From assembly GCA_964016885.1 (NCBI GenBank), contig OZ024740.1, positions 168,702,001-168,766,000 of the forward strand: a stretch of DNA of 64,000 nucleotides, in the 5' to 3' direction. A model generated the notes under the pieces. The model saw only the letters and a program-made list of their open reading frames with translations. It was not told the DNA's origin and did not search any database. Positions 34,948-48,029 of the stretch are shown one piece after another. The translations under genes and the position numbers were made by a program. Each line of letters starts with the position of its first letter. Position 1 is the stretch's first letter. The stretch comes from Eledone cirrhosa. Its lineage: Eukaryota.

Positions 34948-37859
34948 TGTGATTTAGAACATTAGGTATTACTGGAAAACTATACAAATAGAAACATATG
35001 ATGAAAGGGGTTATTTACCATATTGAAGAAGACAAATCAAAAGAAATTATTATTAATTATTATTATTTTTATCATTATTTTATTTTGTTTTCTTATTGGA
35101 GGATCATGATTAAATTTGTGAATGCTTTCACCATCATGATGTCAGATATATTGGAAATCCATGTGGTTGGCACCATGTTCAATCTGGTGGTATACCAAGT
35201 GTTAACAAAAACACTAAACACTAAGAAACTGAATATATTTGTGAGTTTGCAACTTGGCCACTGCAGAACAAGTCCAGTTTCACTCACATATGGTCTGAAA
35301 AGAAGCTGTCTCTGCATGGTCAGCACTTTGGCAATGCACTACTGTGCATGACTTGTCTCAGAAAAAAATCTAGATTTGAACATCTTTCACTTCTTATGAA
35401 AAGGACAGGGGCTGTTGGCCAGGGAATCTATTTGCTGCTAATCTCCACTCCATATATAGTAGTTGATGATGTGCAGGTATACCTTAAGGATGCAACATTG
35501 CAGAGTTTCTTGAAATGTTGCTAGATGCTCACTGCACTCTACCAACTATATAATAAGATTGGTAGAATCTTAATATACAGTTGGCATTCCTGATATTTTA
35601 TAGAAGATTTATGGATGGTATGAATGATGGTGGTCTTGGTGTAATTTTGAACATTCACAAGGAGAGTTTAAGTAGTCCTTTCTGAAGAAATTTTAAGTTT
35701 GGGATTATGAACAATTGACAAATGCGAGGCATTTCCTGTTTTGGATACAATCTATTGGTACAGCCATGCTGGAGCTGCTTGAAACTGGACATTTGTATAA
35801 GGGACATGCATTACTGATTTGTCAAACAACTGTGACCATATGTGCAGCAGATCTATCAGATTAGTCTATCATTAGGGTCGAACCTCCATCTTCTTTTAGG
35901 AAGAGTAGTCACTCTTTTTTGTCTGTTGGCTAAGGCAAAATAAGTTATATTGGGGATGTCATTGAAAGATTTGAGGACAGATCTTTACTTCTCAGGCTGA
36001 GATTTCATAAACAGGCTTCAAGTATCTCTTAAAAAGTAAGGTGAAGGTGATGAGGGAGTTGTCCTACACTAAATTTTATGAAAGGTGGATCAGAGTGGTA
36101 AGATTAGCTTGGCTAAATGGGCTTACTCTAACTATGCAGCTGTATGTTGACAACAAGAACTGGGAGAAAACACTTCCCTTTCATGAGTGTCCAGCTATTT
36201 CTATTAAATTGTATTTACATGATATATTTTTACATAGAATTCCGAAAATAATCAAGAATTTGGAGACTTTTATTCTATAAATCACTTTTACAATAATTTT
36301 TATATTTTAATTTTCTATTAAAGTGTTTAACTATATTCTGAAGTGTCTGTGGGTGTTCTGACTCATCTTTTATGGTTGTCCCCATTTCATGTATCTTTTT
36401 GAGTTATTTTGTTGTTGTTTATTATTATTTGGTTTGGCATCTTTATTTACTATAGATATTCCCATACTTTTTGTATTTCATCATTGTACTGTTCTTAATA
36501 TTTTGGGCCCTTGTGGTTAATGAAAGAAATTATTATTATCTTCTATTCAATTAGCTTAGCATCAATTAGTGTTTGAATCCTTGTTGAATCATAATAACTT
36601 GCTCTCTCCATTTATCTATCAACTAATTTTTTGGTGATATCTAGAAGGATTTTGGTAGTGAAGATTATTATTGTTGATGTTGTTGATGATGTATGTGTGT
36701 GTGTTGCAAGTATTACATGTGTGCGATGGTGGTTCAAGTGTTTCTATTGACATTTCCAAATTTTAGCAGCAGGTTTTATACATATACAAATATTGGTTGC
36801 TAGGAAACAACTAGATACTCTTTGCTAGCTTAGAAAAAGTACTGTCTGTAAGTCTGCTGGAAAACAATAATATCTGTCATTGTTGGTGACATTAATATCA
36901 TAATCTTCATCAACATATTCTTCTTATTCTACATCTTCTCATCATGGAGTCTTATATTTCTAAATTGTGATCACTCATAAGTTTTCTGTAATAGATATTA
37001 ACATATTGAAATATACTTTCCACCCAACTTATACAGCTGCTTATGTTATTTGCCCTTATCAATGGCACATCTTTATTTCACATAAAAAATCATTGTCTCT
37101 TACTGAGTAAAAGGTTTTAATGATGACTGTGTCTTTGGGCAAGAGTAAATTTATTGTTTACAATAAGTACCATATTAGCGTTTTTCATGTTTTAGTAGAG
37201 AAAATGTAGATTATTTTCAAGTGTGAATCCAATGAGTAAGCTGTGGAGTTAACATTCTTTCTGTACTACCCTCAATGTAAAAAAGTATACACATTTTATT
37301 TATTGTGTTCTAAATCTGATTGATATTACACAGTTCATTTGTCTCTAGTTACTGCTGACTCAGCATCTCCAGTAATCGCCATCATCATCAGGTATACTCT
37401 GCTCTCGGAAAGATAAATACTTTGCACCACTCTAAAGCTATCCATGGTTAACTATAGGTGTGAACACTGTGGTATTCTAATCCCTTCCATAGTGGCTGAC
37501 AAGCATATAGCAGGGTTTGAACTCAGAATACAATGAACTAGAATAATTGCTGCAGAGAATCTTGTTTGGCAACCTAATGATTTCATCAATCCTCTACCCT
37601 AGACTTGTACTTTATTTATCAGTCCCAAAAGGACGAAAGGTAAAGTTGACTGCAGCAAGATTTACAACCAGAACATAAACAACTAGAATATGTATTGCAA
37701 GGACTAACAAATTTATATATAAGAAGTAAATTATTAAATAAGATTGATATTATGTAAAGAACAAAATATTGAAAGTATTTCATTATCCGTTGGAAGATAT
37801 TCCAACAATGAAAGTATTTGATATGCTAATCTCTCTTTTTGAAAATTGGAATTATCACT

Positions 37860-39150
37860 CCTGATAGCCATTGCTTAGGTGCCTTTCCAGAGATCCAGGC
37901 CACAAGTCAGCCAGAGAATACCTTCTCTATTTAAGGCTTTTAACATCTCGGGCCAGATTTCATCTTCCCCAGCAGTCTTGCCACATTTGAGCTTTTTAAC
38001 TGTGACTTGAGCCTCTGAGAGATTAGTCACTGCTCCCAGATCCACAGCGTGAACATCAGAAGATGCTGCTGTGATCGGGTTTAAGAGATCAACAAAGTAT
38101 TCTCTTCACCTTTCGAGGAGAACCCCAGACACATTCCTGATAGCAGGTGTGGAGGAGGGCTCCTTATTATGAAGTCAGCGGATGGTGTGCCAGAACACTT
38201 TATTTGCTGATCTGAAGTTGGAGTCTATCTTAACCCCAAAGTCCTCCTATGTCTTAACTTTGGATGTTTTTACACTCTCTGCTGTGATTCTTCATGCCTA
38301 CTTGTATCACAAGTGCAAGATGGAGGACTTATTTCCAAGCCAAGCTTTGTAGGCTTCCTTCTTTGTTTGAAGGGCATCTTCTACCCCTTGATTGCCCAAG
38401 GGGTCCTCCTTCCATCCAGCACCTCACCAAGCCTCTTTTGCTCACAGCATTTAACAGCTGAAGCAGAAACTGTTGAGTTGAACAATCTCCCCTCTGTTTG
38501 ATGCAATAGTACCTGCCTACCTGGTCTTGATTTCCTTATCCACCAACGCTTCCCACTTTATTCTGTAGGTTGCCCTGGACCTGCCAGTTTTGTGGGATTC
38601 CTTGGCTTTAGGTAGTCTCAAGCTGCAGATGACTAGATGGTGATCAGTTGACAGCTCAGCCCCTCTCTTACCAGAAACATCCAGCACAAACTGGAAAAGA
38701 TCAGAGACAATAGCAAAATTAAATATTGATCTCTGTCCCTGATACCTTTTATACCATGTATATTTATGGATGTCTCTGTGCTGGAAGAAAGTGTTTATAA
38801 TAGAGAGTCCATTATTAGAACAGAAATCTAATAAGGCTTCTCAATTCGTATTTAGATTGAAGTGGCCATTCCTTCCAATCACTCCTCTCCGTGTCAAGTG
38901 GTCAGTGCCAACATGTGCATTGAAGTGTCCCATCAGAGTATATGACTCAGTCTTAACTATATCTAATGCTGCAGTGACTTCATCAAGGAAGGATCTGTAT
39001 TCAGACTCCTTGTTTGGTGCATAAACTTGCACCACCCACAGAGACCTATCTTTCAGCCTAAGTTTCAAGAGGCAAATCTTCCCTCCTAATGGGATCCAGT
39101 CCATCACATATTGACAGCCAGGGGCTTGGGAGGACCCCCACTCCTGTCTA
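37860..39150 (-). mobile_element. Decayed RTE (Expander-like) LINE segment with AP-endonuclease domain
   Basis: VVQVYAPN..TLMGHFNAHVG (APE motifs) and downstream KTAGEDEI..EMLKAL on the minus strand. Confidence 0.8.
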
Positions 39151-39536
39151 TGCAGTAATTTATGTTATTACGTATTATGGTAATAATTTATAAATGGATT
39201 CTTCATTTGCTTGGAAATTAATAATGGTTTGCATCAATAAAAATCAGCAATATAAAGTTAAGATAGGAAATAATAGTTTCCATAAGGAGTGGTGAATATA
39301 ACATTTCCTCATTCCTAAGGGAGTGAGGAAATTAGGAGAGAGAAAATGAAGTTTAAGGGTTAATTTGGTGGGGAGAGGGGTGACTAAACTAGAGGAGTGG
39401 TGGGTGAGAGTGAAAAGGAAGGAGATGAGGTGAAGAAGGAGAAGGTGGGGTGGAAACATATGTAAACACACAATTATGCGTAAATACTTAAACATATACA
39501 TACAGGTATTCATTTATATATATATATATATATATA

Positions 39537-42276
39537 TCTTTCTTTATTTGCCACAGGGGCATACACAAATGGGACATTACAAGACGCGACGGCAGGGGTT
39601 TTACATAAAATCTTTAACAATGATAAATAACAATAAACTATATAAAATAAAACAATTGAAATTCTTCATTAGGGGGAGGGGGTAACGCTACTGCGGGGTT
39701 GTTTTACACCCTGTGGATAGAACAACCCTCAACACCAGGAACATGTTTTGTAGGTGTTCCTGTCTTCCCTCTGTTTATCTTCCTCAACCTACAGGTTTAT
39801 ATAGAGAAGGCCCATTCACTCGGGCCATTTTCGCCGCATTCACCCACCTTTCAGCGAATTTACTGGGGTGTAGCACTTCTCTCTCCACTCTCACCTTCCT
39901 TCTGAAGTGATACTTAAAGAAGAGGATAAGTTGTTGTCCGGAGAGAAAGGTGTTTACCCTCAGTCCTTTTAACCTCATCCACCATATTACCTCTTTCGCC
40001 ATAGCCACCAGACAGAGAAAAACCGCCTCTCCTTCGTTCTTAAATGAAGGCGGTGGGGTGATCCTCACGATGGACTCAGCTGACAACTGAATGCGTCCCA
40101 CACGTGACAGTAGCTGTTCGACATAATTCCACAGGTCGGTCACCTCTGGGCACTGAAAAATTGCGTGCAGAACGGTTTTGATACCCTGCTCGCATCTTGG
40201 ACAGGTCCTTTTGGCAGGATCTCTGCCAGGGCGTCTGTGCCTGTAGATTTTGTCTCGAACTGGTAGCACTGCCAGGCCAGAGACCTCTAGAAGTTATCCA
40301 TAGGCCCTGGACGGAAAGTCCTCCCGAACAGACTGGTCAGTTCGTCTTCCTCGATGCCTAGAGTTTCCCCGAGAACATCGTCACACTTATCCTCCACTAA
40401 TCCCTTATAGAATGTTGAAGTGGAGTCTCCGTTGATTGCCGTTTCTGCTTGGTAGAGGGCTGTGAGCGCCTGAAGGCACTCCAGGTGCCAGGCGTCCATT
40501 TTCGGTATTCACTTGACCCAGGACTGCAGCTCTGTTAGTGAGACGAGTTGTGGAAGAGCTTGTCTCACAAACGACAGCCACACCATTTCGCCGGTCAGGA
40601 ATACCTGGAGATGGCATAGCCTCAGCACGTGTTTGCGCATCAGCAGCCACGGCATGCCCAGCCCTCCGTTAGAAGGGTGTTGACAGCAGATGGATCTCTT
40701 CACCAATGGAGCCTGTTTCTTTCAGAGGAACTTGAAGAGTAGGTGTTCCATTTTGGTGAGGTATTCGCGATACAAGGCACGACTGTCAAGCAGTAGTAGA
40801 TGACGGACGCTATGTAAGTGTTCGCCACCTCCGTGCGACCTTTCAAGGAGAGTTTGCACTCAGCCCACTTCTGGGTAAGTGCAAACACCTTTGCCGTGAC
40901 CTCGTCCCAATTCTTGTCCACCTGGAGGTCTGGACCAACCCACTCCCCGAACAATTTCACCGGTCCTTCCGTCCAGCGTCCAACGACACTGTCGGAAGGC
41001 ATGGGTTTGCCTCTCCATGTGCCAAGTTGCAAACCAACAGACTTGTTTGGGTTTAGTCTTGCTCCTGTCAACGTTTCGTATTCTGTAATAGGTTGCCGAT
41101 TACCCCGATGTCCGAGGTTTTCGACACCACTACGGTTATGTCGTCGGCATAGGTCGACGCTGCTTTCCGCAGTCCTGGTTCGATCGGGATGCCCTGCAAC
41201 AACTCCAACTTCCTCAGTAACGACTCGAGAGTCAGTATATACAGAATGGAGGAGAGAGGGCACCCCTGACGGATGGAACGCATGATTTGGAATGGCTCCG
41301 ATAGGTAGCCATTCACCTTGACTGCTGAGCAGATGTTGGTGTGCATGGCAGCGATCCAGCCTCTGAAGACGGGATGAAGCCAGCCGCCTTGAGAACCGCT
41401 TCCAAGTATTGATGGTCGACTCTATCAAATGCCTTAGATTGATCTAAATTGATCAGAGCCCCACCGAAGCCAGGTTTACACCTTACCCTCTCTATGATGT
41501 ATCGCATGAGGTGGAGGTTGTCGTGTATGGACCTGGTCGGGATTGCACACGTTTACGCTTCCCCTACCAGGTTCTCGACAACAAGCACCAGCCTCGCTGC
41601 TAACACCTTGACCAAAATCTTTAACTCTGTGTTGAGCAGAGTTATGGGCCTGAAATTGCTTATCTCATCCCCCTTGTTCTCATCTTTCCTGATCAGTATT
41701 ACCACGCCTCTGCTTACAGAACTGGGAATCCTCCCGTTCTGCTGCCAGTTGCAGTAGACCACTTTGAGGACGCCAGAGAGCAAGTCTGGCATGCCTATGT
41801 AAAACTCATAGGGTAGACCATCTAAACTGGGTGATTTGCGTTTCCCACAGTGGCCTAGGGCATCTTTTATTTCAAATGCTGTGATCGGCCTTTCGCAGCT
41901 CTCCACATCTGTGCTCGAGGGTCGTAGTACGCCGTCAAGGTAGGAGCTGAAGTCCATCATCTCCCTTGACGTACCGCTTTGCCCTAACAGTTGTGCAAAA
42001 TGCTGCTGGAAGGCCGTGCACATCTGCTTGGATTCAAGTAGAATGCGTCCATCTTTGTCTTGCAAAGACTGAATTGTGGATTTGTTGCCACTTTTCGCCT
42101 CTGCCACTCGGGCCCAGCTCACAGCTTTAGCTCCCTTGTTTCTTAGAGCACGTGTTCTACTTCTGACAATACAACCTTCGTGTTTCATGTTGAAGAACTG
42201 GTCTAGTGCCGTTGTCGCCGCTAGCATGTCAGCTGTACTGCCATTCCTAAGTGCCTCTTCTACTTTAGCTACCAGT
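39537..42276 (-). mobile_element. Tx1/L1-clade LINE, 5'-truncated and frameshifted
   Basis: SPSLDGLPYEFY, NFRPITLLNTELKI, LDQSKAFDRVDH, RQGCPLS, YADD, GGLGMP and C-terminal CPRC..H...C finger; AATAAA near the 3' end abutting (TA)n. Confidence 0.9.
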
Positions 42277-43161
42277 ACACACACATACTCACGTATATTT
42301 CATTACACTTTCACTTCAAAACAGTAAAAGGATGCTGTATCCTTTCTATTTCCATCTATTTAAGCTCCCCCAGTCATCATGGTTGACCATTGGTTTGAAC
42401 CAGGAAAGTTCCTCTCAAAGGTTCAAGTTTGGGCAAGGTGTTTTGTGGAAGACCTGCAGCCTCTTATATATGCAAATCTCCCTTCTTCATGCCACTGATG
42501 TTGTCCAAGGATAAGTCAAAGTTTGATAAAGCTTGATGCTAGTGTTATTGTGGGCAAACTCAGAATGCAAAAGACTAAAAGAAATATTACATTGCTCTAA
42601 CAATTCCACCAATGCACTGCTCTGTACTAGTACTTTATTTATTGACCCCGAAAGGCAAATTTGAGTTCACCAGGATATAAACTCAAAGTGCAGTGAACTG
42701 GAATGTAAACTACAAAACACTCTTACAATTTTCCATAACTGATTTATACTATATGCTATAAATAGTTTTATCACACCACTGCCAGATTTTTTATTAGTAA
42801 AATATAAGTGAAATATATTAGCTACACCAGTGTTCACATGAAATGTTAGTGTGACCATATTAACATATCACATTGGTGGTATGTTTATATGCACTTCCAC
42901 AAAGGAAGCAACTTCAGTATTAGATTTCTATTGTTACCAAAGAAACACCTTATTGATATGAAAAGTTGCTTAAGAAAAATATATATTTGTGACAGTGGAG
43001 GAAGATAGATAGAGAAAGCATGTATGAAATACTGACATAGACATTGTTGTTTATTTAATTAATGAGGATTTCATTCTTTAATACAGCTAATGGTTACTAA
43101 TTGTAATGATAATGTAAACAAAATTTGTTCAAAAGTCAATACATTAGCTTTAGATTAATAA

Positions 43162-43346
43162 TTGTTTCTACTTTTGGCACAAGGCCAGCAATTACCCAGT
43201 ACATTACTGGTACTTTATTTTATCGACCCCGTAAGGATGAAAGCAAAGTTAACCTCGGCGGGATTTGAACTCAGATCATAAAGGGACGTAACTCTATGCT
43301 TCAAAGCATGGCGTCCGACTCTCTACCGATACTGCCAATCCACCGT
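43162..43346 (-). mobile_element. SINE family A
   Basis: Near-identical to 30080-30264; imperfect TSD CTTT(A)GATTAATAAT. Confidence 0.9.
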
Positions 43347-44729
43347 CTTTGATTAATAATGATCACTTTGCAAATTAGTTGTATTTAATAATTAACATCA
43401 CGGAATATATAACTAAATAAACGAGTCATTATTGCAACTATTATAAAAAAATTGTGGAATATATTTTGTCAAAACAACCTAGTTTTTTTTTGTTTTTTTT
43501 TTTGCAACATTTAATATTTTATTGCAATGAGATATATGCAGTGACTGTTAATTGATATATTATATTTGTTGACAAAATAAATAAAGTAAGAAAACAACAA
43601 TAATGACCAAGATCTGATCATAGTTTTCTCTGCTCTTTGCTTCACCTTATGATTGTTTACATTCATGTAGTGTTTTACAATAAACAGAATATTATTAGCA
43701 GAACAATTTTAAAAGTTGAAAAAGTATTTTTAAAAAGACCCCTTTTTTGTTAGTCTGATGGGACAATGAACAGTACCCACTAAACAGAGAACAGGATTGA
43801 AATAATTAGGTGAAGTTAATGCAGTTGATTTTCTGTTTGAAATCGTGTAGTTCATTCATTGAGAAGGGAAAACATGTCCAGAATGCAGTTTTGACCAGTA
43901 AAGATTGCCCAACACACTTAACCCTTTTGATACCAAACCTCTGGTGCTATGTTACAAAGCTGTTTATTTAAAATGTTAATATTTATCTAAAAACCTCCCA
44001 TCATAATTTTATGTAAGAACCTTTGTTGTGTTATGTTCCAAACACCAACTTAATAATGATAAAGTTGATTATTTTATGAAATCCATCCAAATTTTTATTA
44101 TTTTTAAAATTATTCGAACATTTTAGACAGTGTCTTTCATTAGAAATATAGCAATTAAAAGTAATATGATAATGAAAGGTAATAATAGGTATCTATCCAC
44201 AACACAGCATGCATTAGAAAACCTGAGATAAATTTAATGTTGGTATAACTTCATTTTTCTGTGTATGATGAATATAACAAAATGTATTTACATTTGTTCC
44301 TTTTCTATAGTAAGGTTTTTAATGAAAAAATCTGTAGTTATACTTACATTAACTTTATCTTATATTTTCTAATATATAGGTTGTGCATAAATAGTTATTA
44401 TTAATTGTGTTAACAATTGAATGCACATTATATAAATTAAACTGGTCATTTCAATTAAGTTCTGGTTCGTGTTTGTCATAAATGTGATGTGCTATAAGTT
44501 CTCTTCATAAGCAAAATGTTAAATGTACTTGCCCTCTAACAAATGGCCAACTAGCTGTGAAACATGTAAAAGCAATCCCAAATTTTTTTTGTGTCCAAAT
44601 GAAATGATAAAATGTATTTGCATTTGTTCCTTTTACACACTGTAGCTTATTAAAAAAACTAGTCATACCTACATTAAATTAATCTTAGATTTCATATTTG
44701 TGCATGTGTGAGTGTGTATGTGTGTGTGA

Positions 44730-45230
44730 ACAATGAATAGAGGTGGAAATGCCTGAAGGGAGTGATTTGCATGCATGAAGTGTACACAGTCTTGCAGCAT
44801 TAATATGGTGACTGGGGAAAAATACTTAAATCATCTGAAACTATATATACAAGCCAGCTGCGCATATCATTCCTATTCATGAAAATTATGAACAGGGGAG
44901 ATGACAGTACGCACCTCTGGCAGAGTCTGACGCCCACATTGAATAGTTTCAACTTAGCACCATTTATCCGAATTGAGAGATCACAGTTTGTGGTTACAAT
45001 GTCTTAGGAAAGAATTGCTGGACAGATTTTATGGGCAAAACCAGCTAGCAGGCGACCCAGGTGTAGACCCTGAGCAAAATGTTTGGATAACATCCTGAGA
45101 TCAGCTGGTATCTCTTGGGGATCCAGCCAGATCGGAGAAGGTTGCTTCTGACAGGACCCGCTGGAAGACATGTTTGAGGACTCTGCCCCAATAATGCTCC
45201 CAGGAATAAGTGGGCAAAGAAGAAGATTAG
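44730..45230 (+). mobile_element. Decayed 3' fragment of an Expander-like RTE LINE with GAA tail
   Basis: Homologous to 52260-52540, e.g. GAAAGAAT(T/C)GCTGGACAGATTTTA..AAACCA. Confidence 0.7.
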
Positions 45231-46358
45231 ACTTTTACATTTCCTTGAGATTGGATTGAAACAGCATGTTTGTATTATTTATGTTTACATCTGTCCTCAC
45301 AATGTTCAGGGTTTTAGTTCAGATACATATTTTTTAAAAATATGTCAATTATAAACAAAGATTATTCTTATCAAAGCTATCATTTTGAAAAGTGATGAAT
45401 AGTTCAAAAATATTTTGTACAATGTATCATATTTGATATTTATACTTTTATTTAGTTTATTGTTGTTTTTCTTTGACGAAAAAAAAGTGGTTCAATATCA
45501 TTTTGTTAGCTCTAATACAGTTATTGTTTTCTATTCCTGCAGCTAGTTAGTGTTCCAGGGTCAACAACTATGTAATTTCATCACAACTTGTCATTTTTTT
45601 AATAAAGAACTGTAACAAGCCTTACTTAACTATGCTACCCCACACCATCTCCCCCACTCACACAAAATCATGTGATGTATGAAAGGAATTTATGATAGCT
45701 GTGAAAGTAGGAGTGGAGCATGATAAACACCTAAGTTGTCAATAGGGTTGTGAACAAAATAAAGGAAAATCAAGGCTGAAAAACATTAATTTCTTTCCTT
45801 TTTTTTTCCTTTTTCTTTTTTCAGTATATGTCATCAACATATTCTGCTGTATTCTTTCAACTGTTATTAATTTCTTTCAAGATTATTAATTATAGATGCT
45901 GACATATAAATGAAAACTCACAATAAAATGTTGAGTGTTGTATAAAGGTTGAAATACTGGTGTATGTACTCATATTAATTGTGGTTATTTTAAAAATACT
46001 AACTAATTTTTTTAATTTATATATTTTTTATTTTGTGGAAAATTATTTAATATTTAATAGCTTTACAGTTTTGAAATTGCTATGTAGTCTGTGCAGTTGT
46101 TGCTTCTTGGAAGTTTTTATTAACTTGTGCCTTAATTAAACATAATCTAAGCATACACCCTTGCAGAACTGGTTTTCATTTATTCAATATTTTTTTCTTT
46201 TTCCTGAAAAGCTTTCTCTTTAGAGTCAAGAAGTGAAACATAAATATTGTTATTTATTTTAAGTTTTTGTTGCTTTGAAGTATTTTGAAGTATTTAATCT
46301 TTCAACCAACTAAAATATTGTGTGATTTCCTTATCCCTTACCCACTTTGTGTTTTCAG

Positions 46359-46462
46359 ATTATTCTTGTGCACTTCAAAAAGACATACTTGTGCATGGTC
46401 GCATGTTCATTTCTCAGAATTGGGTCTGCTTCTATGCAAACATTTTCAGATGGGAGACAGTG
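46359..46462 (+). CDS. GRAMD1B: GRAMD1/Aster-like exon C, GRAM domain (DYSCALQKDILVHGRMFISQNWVCFYANIFRWETV)
   Basis: ttttcAG acceptor and GTGAGT donor at 46463; 104 nt; completes the Asp codon begun in exon B; canonical GRAM motif. Confidence 0.96.
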
Positions 46463-47314
46463 GTGAGTAATTTCCTTTACATTATACATATAATATTAAT
46501 TTGTACAGATTTGTACAGATTTTGAACTATTAAAAAAAAAAGACAAAATGCCAGTATTCAAAAATTAGAAATCCTGTATACTATATTGAGAATGTAGTGT
46601 TGCCAATGTCAATTGGCATTTAGATTTTGCTAATGTCAGGTGATATCTTGATCTCAGACAAATTCAGATTACACTCTACTGGACGTAAAAAAAAGAAAGC
46701 TTAGATTGGATCCTCTGTGGGCTTCCACTTGGAAATAAAATTCTTCACTTAATATCTTAGTTATGAATTGAAAGTGCTGTTAGAGCATAGGACACAATAA
46801 ATTGTGGTATTTATGTTGCCTTTCTGTTCTCTGAGTTTAAATTCCACTGAATTCAACTTTGCCTTTCATCCTTTCATGATAAAATAAGTATTAGTCCAAA
46901 GTAGTGGAGTGGCAGAGTTATTATAACATTGGATGAGATGCTTCATGGTATTTGCTCCAGCTCTTTGCATTCTGAGTTCAAATTCCACTGTTGCCTACTT
47001 TGGTGGTAGACTTAATTCATTGCCTGGTTAAACATCACCACCTTGCCATTAAGTGCTTTTAGTAGAATCCACCCTGATTTAAGGATACCTTCCCCCCATC
47101 TGTCTCAGAGGCCCTGAAAAGGTTGATGGGAACTGCTCTTCCTTTCCTGACTAAATTGTAATAAAAAAATTATAATACAGAAAATAAAGAAACCATTAAA
47201 AAAGACACATAATTCTGTCCCTGCTAATTTTAACCACTGGGAAGATGTTGATACTAGATGTTGATACTAGTTTTCATTAGCTTTCAACATTTTTATTATT
47301 ACTATTATTATTAT

Positions 47315-47590
47315 GGCGGTGGATTGGCAGTATCGGTAGAGAGTCAGACGCCATGCTTTGCAGCATAGTTACAGCCCTTTATGATCTGAGTTCAAATCCC
47401 GCCGAAGTTAACTTTGCCTTTCATCCCTACGGGGGTTGATAAAATAAAGTGCCAATAATGCACTGGGTAATTGCTGGCCTTGCACCAAAAGTACAAGCAA
47501 TTATTATGGCGGTGGATTGGCAGAATCTGTAGAGCATCGGAGACTATGCTTTGCAGCTTACTTAAGTCCCTTTATGTTCTGAGTTTACAC
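47315..47590 (+). mobile_element. SINE family A followed directly by a second SINE head
   Basis: GGCGGTGGATTGGCAG at ~47315 and ~47507, each preceded by ATTATTAT. Confidence 0.85.
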
Positions 47591-48029
47591 CAGAAATTTT
47601 CAAAGCAAAAATTTAAAAGCTTATCTCAGTCACTCATTCCAACTTCAAATTAGCAAGTTTGGCTTTTACACCTGCCTCCCTTCTTCTGATGGTCAATAGT
47701 TATGTATAACTTTTCTAATCATATCTAATTACTAACTATTAAGTTGAGCTTAGGCCACTATATATCATTATCATCATCATGCCCATTTTTATATGTTGGC
47801 ATGGGCTGGACAACATTTTTTCGGCAGAATTCTACAATCAGATCCCTTCCTGATGCTCATGCTAACACTTACTTGTATGTATTTTTTTAAAGTAAGCTTG
47901 GATTTTCACATGTGTAAATGCTGAACCATGAGACTTCTCTTTACATAGGGCAAAAACAAATATCACCAGATACAACCCCCCCCCCCCCACACACACACAC
48001 ATACACATGAATGTTTGACAGTTAGTGGT

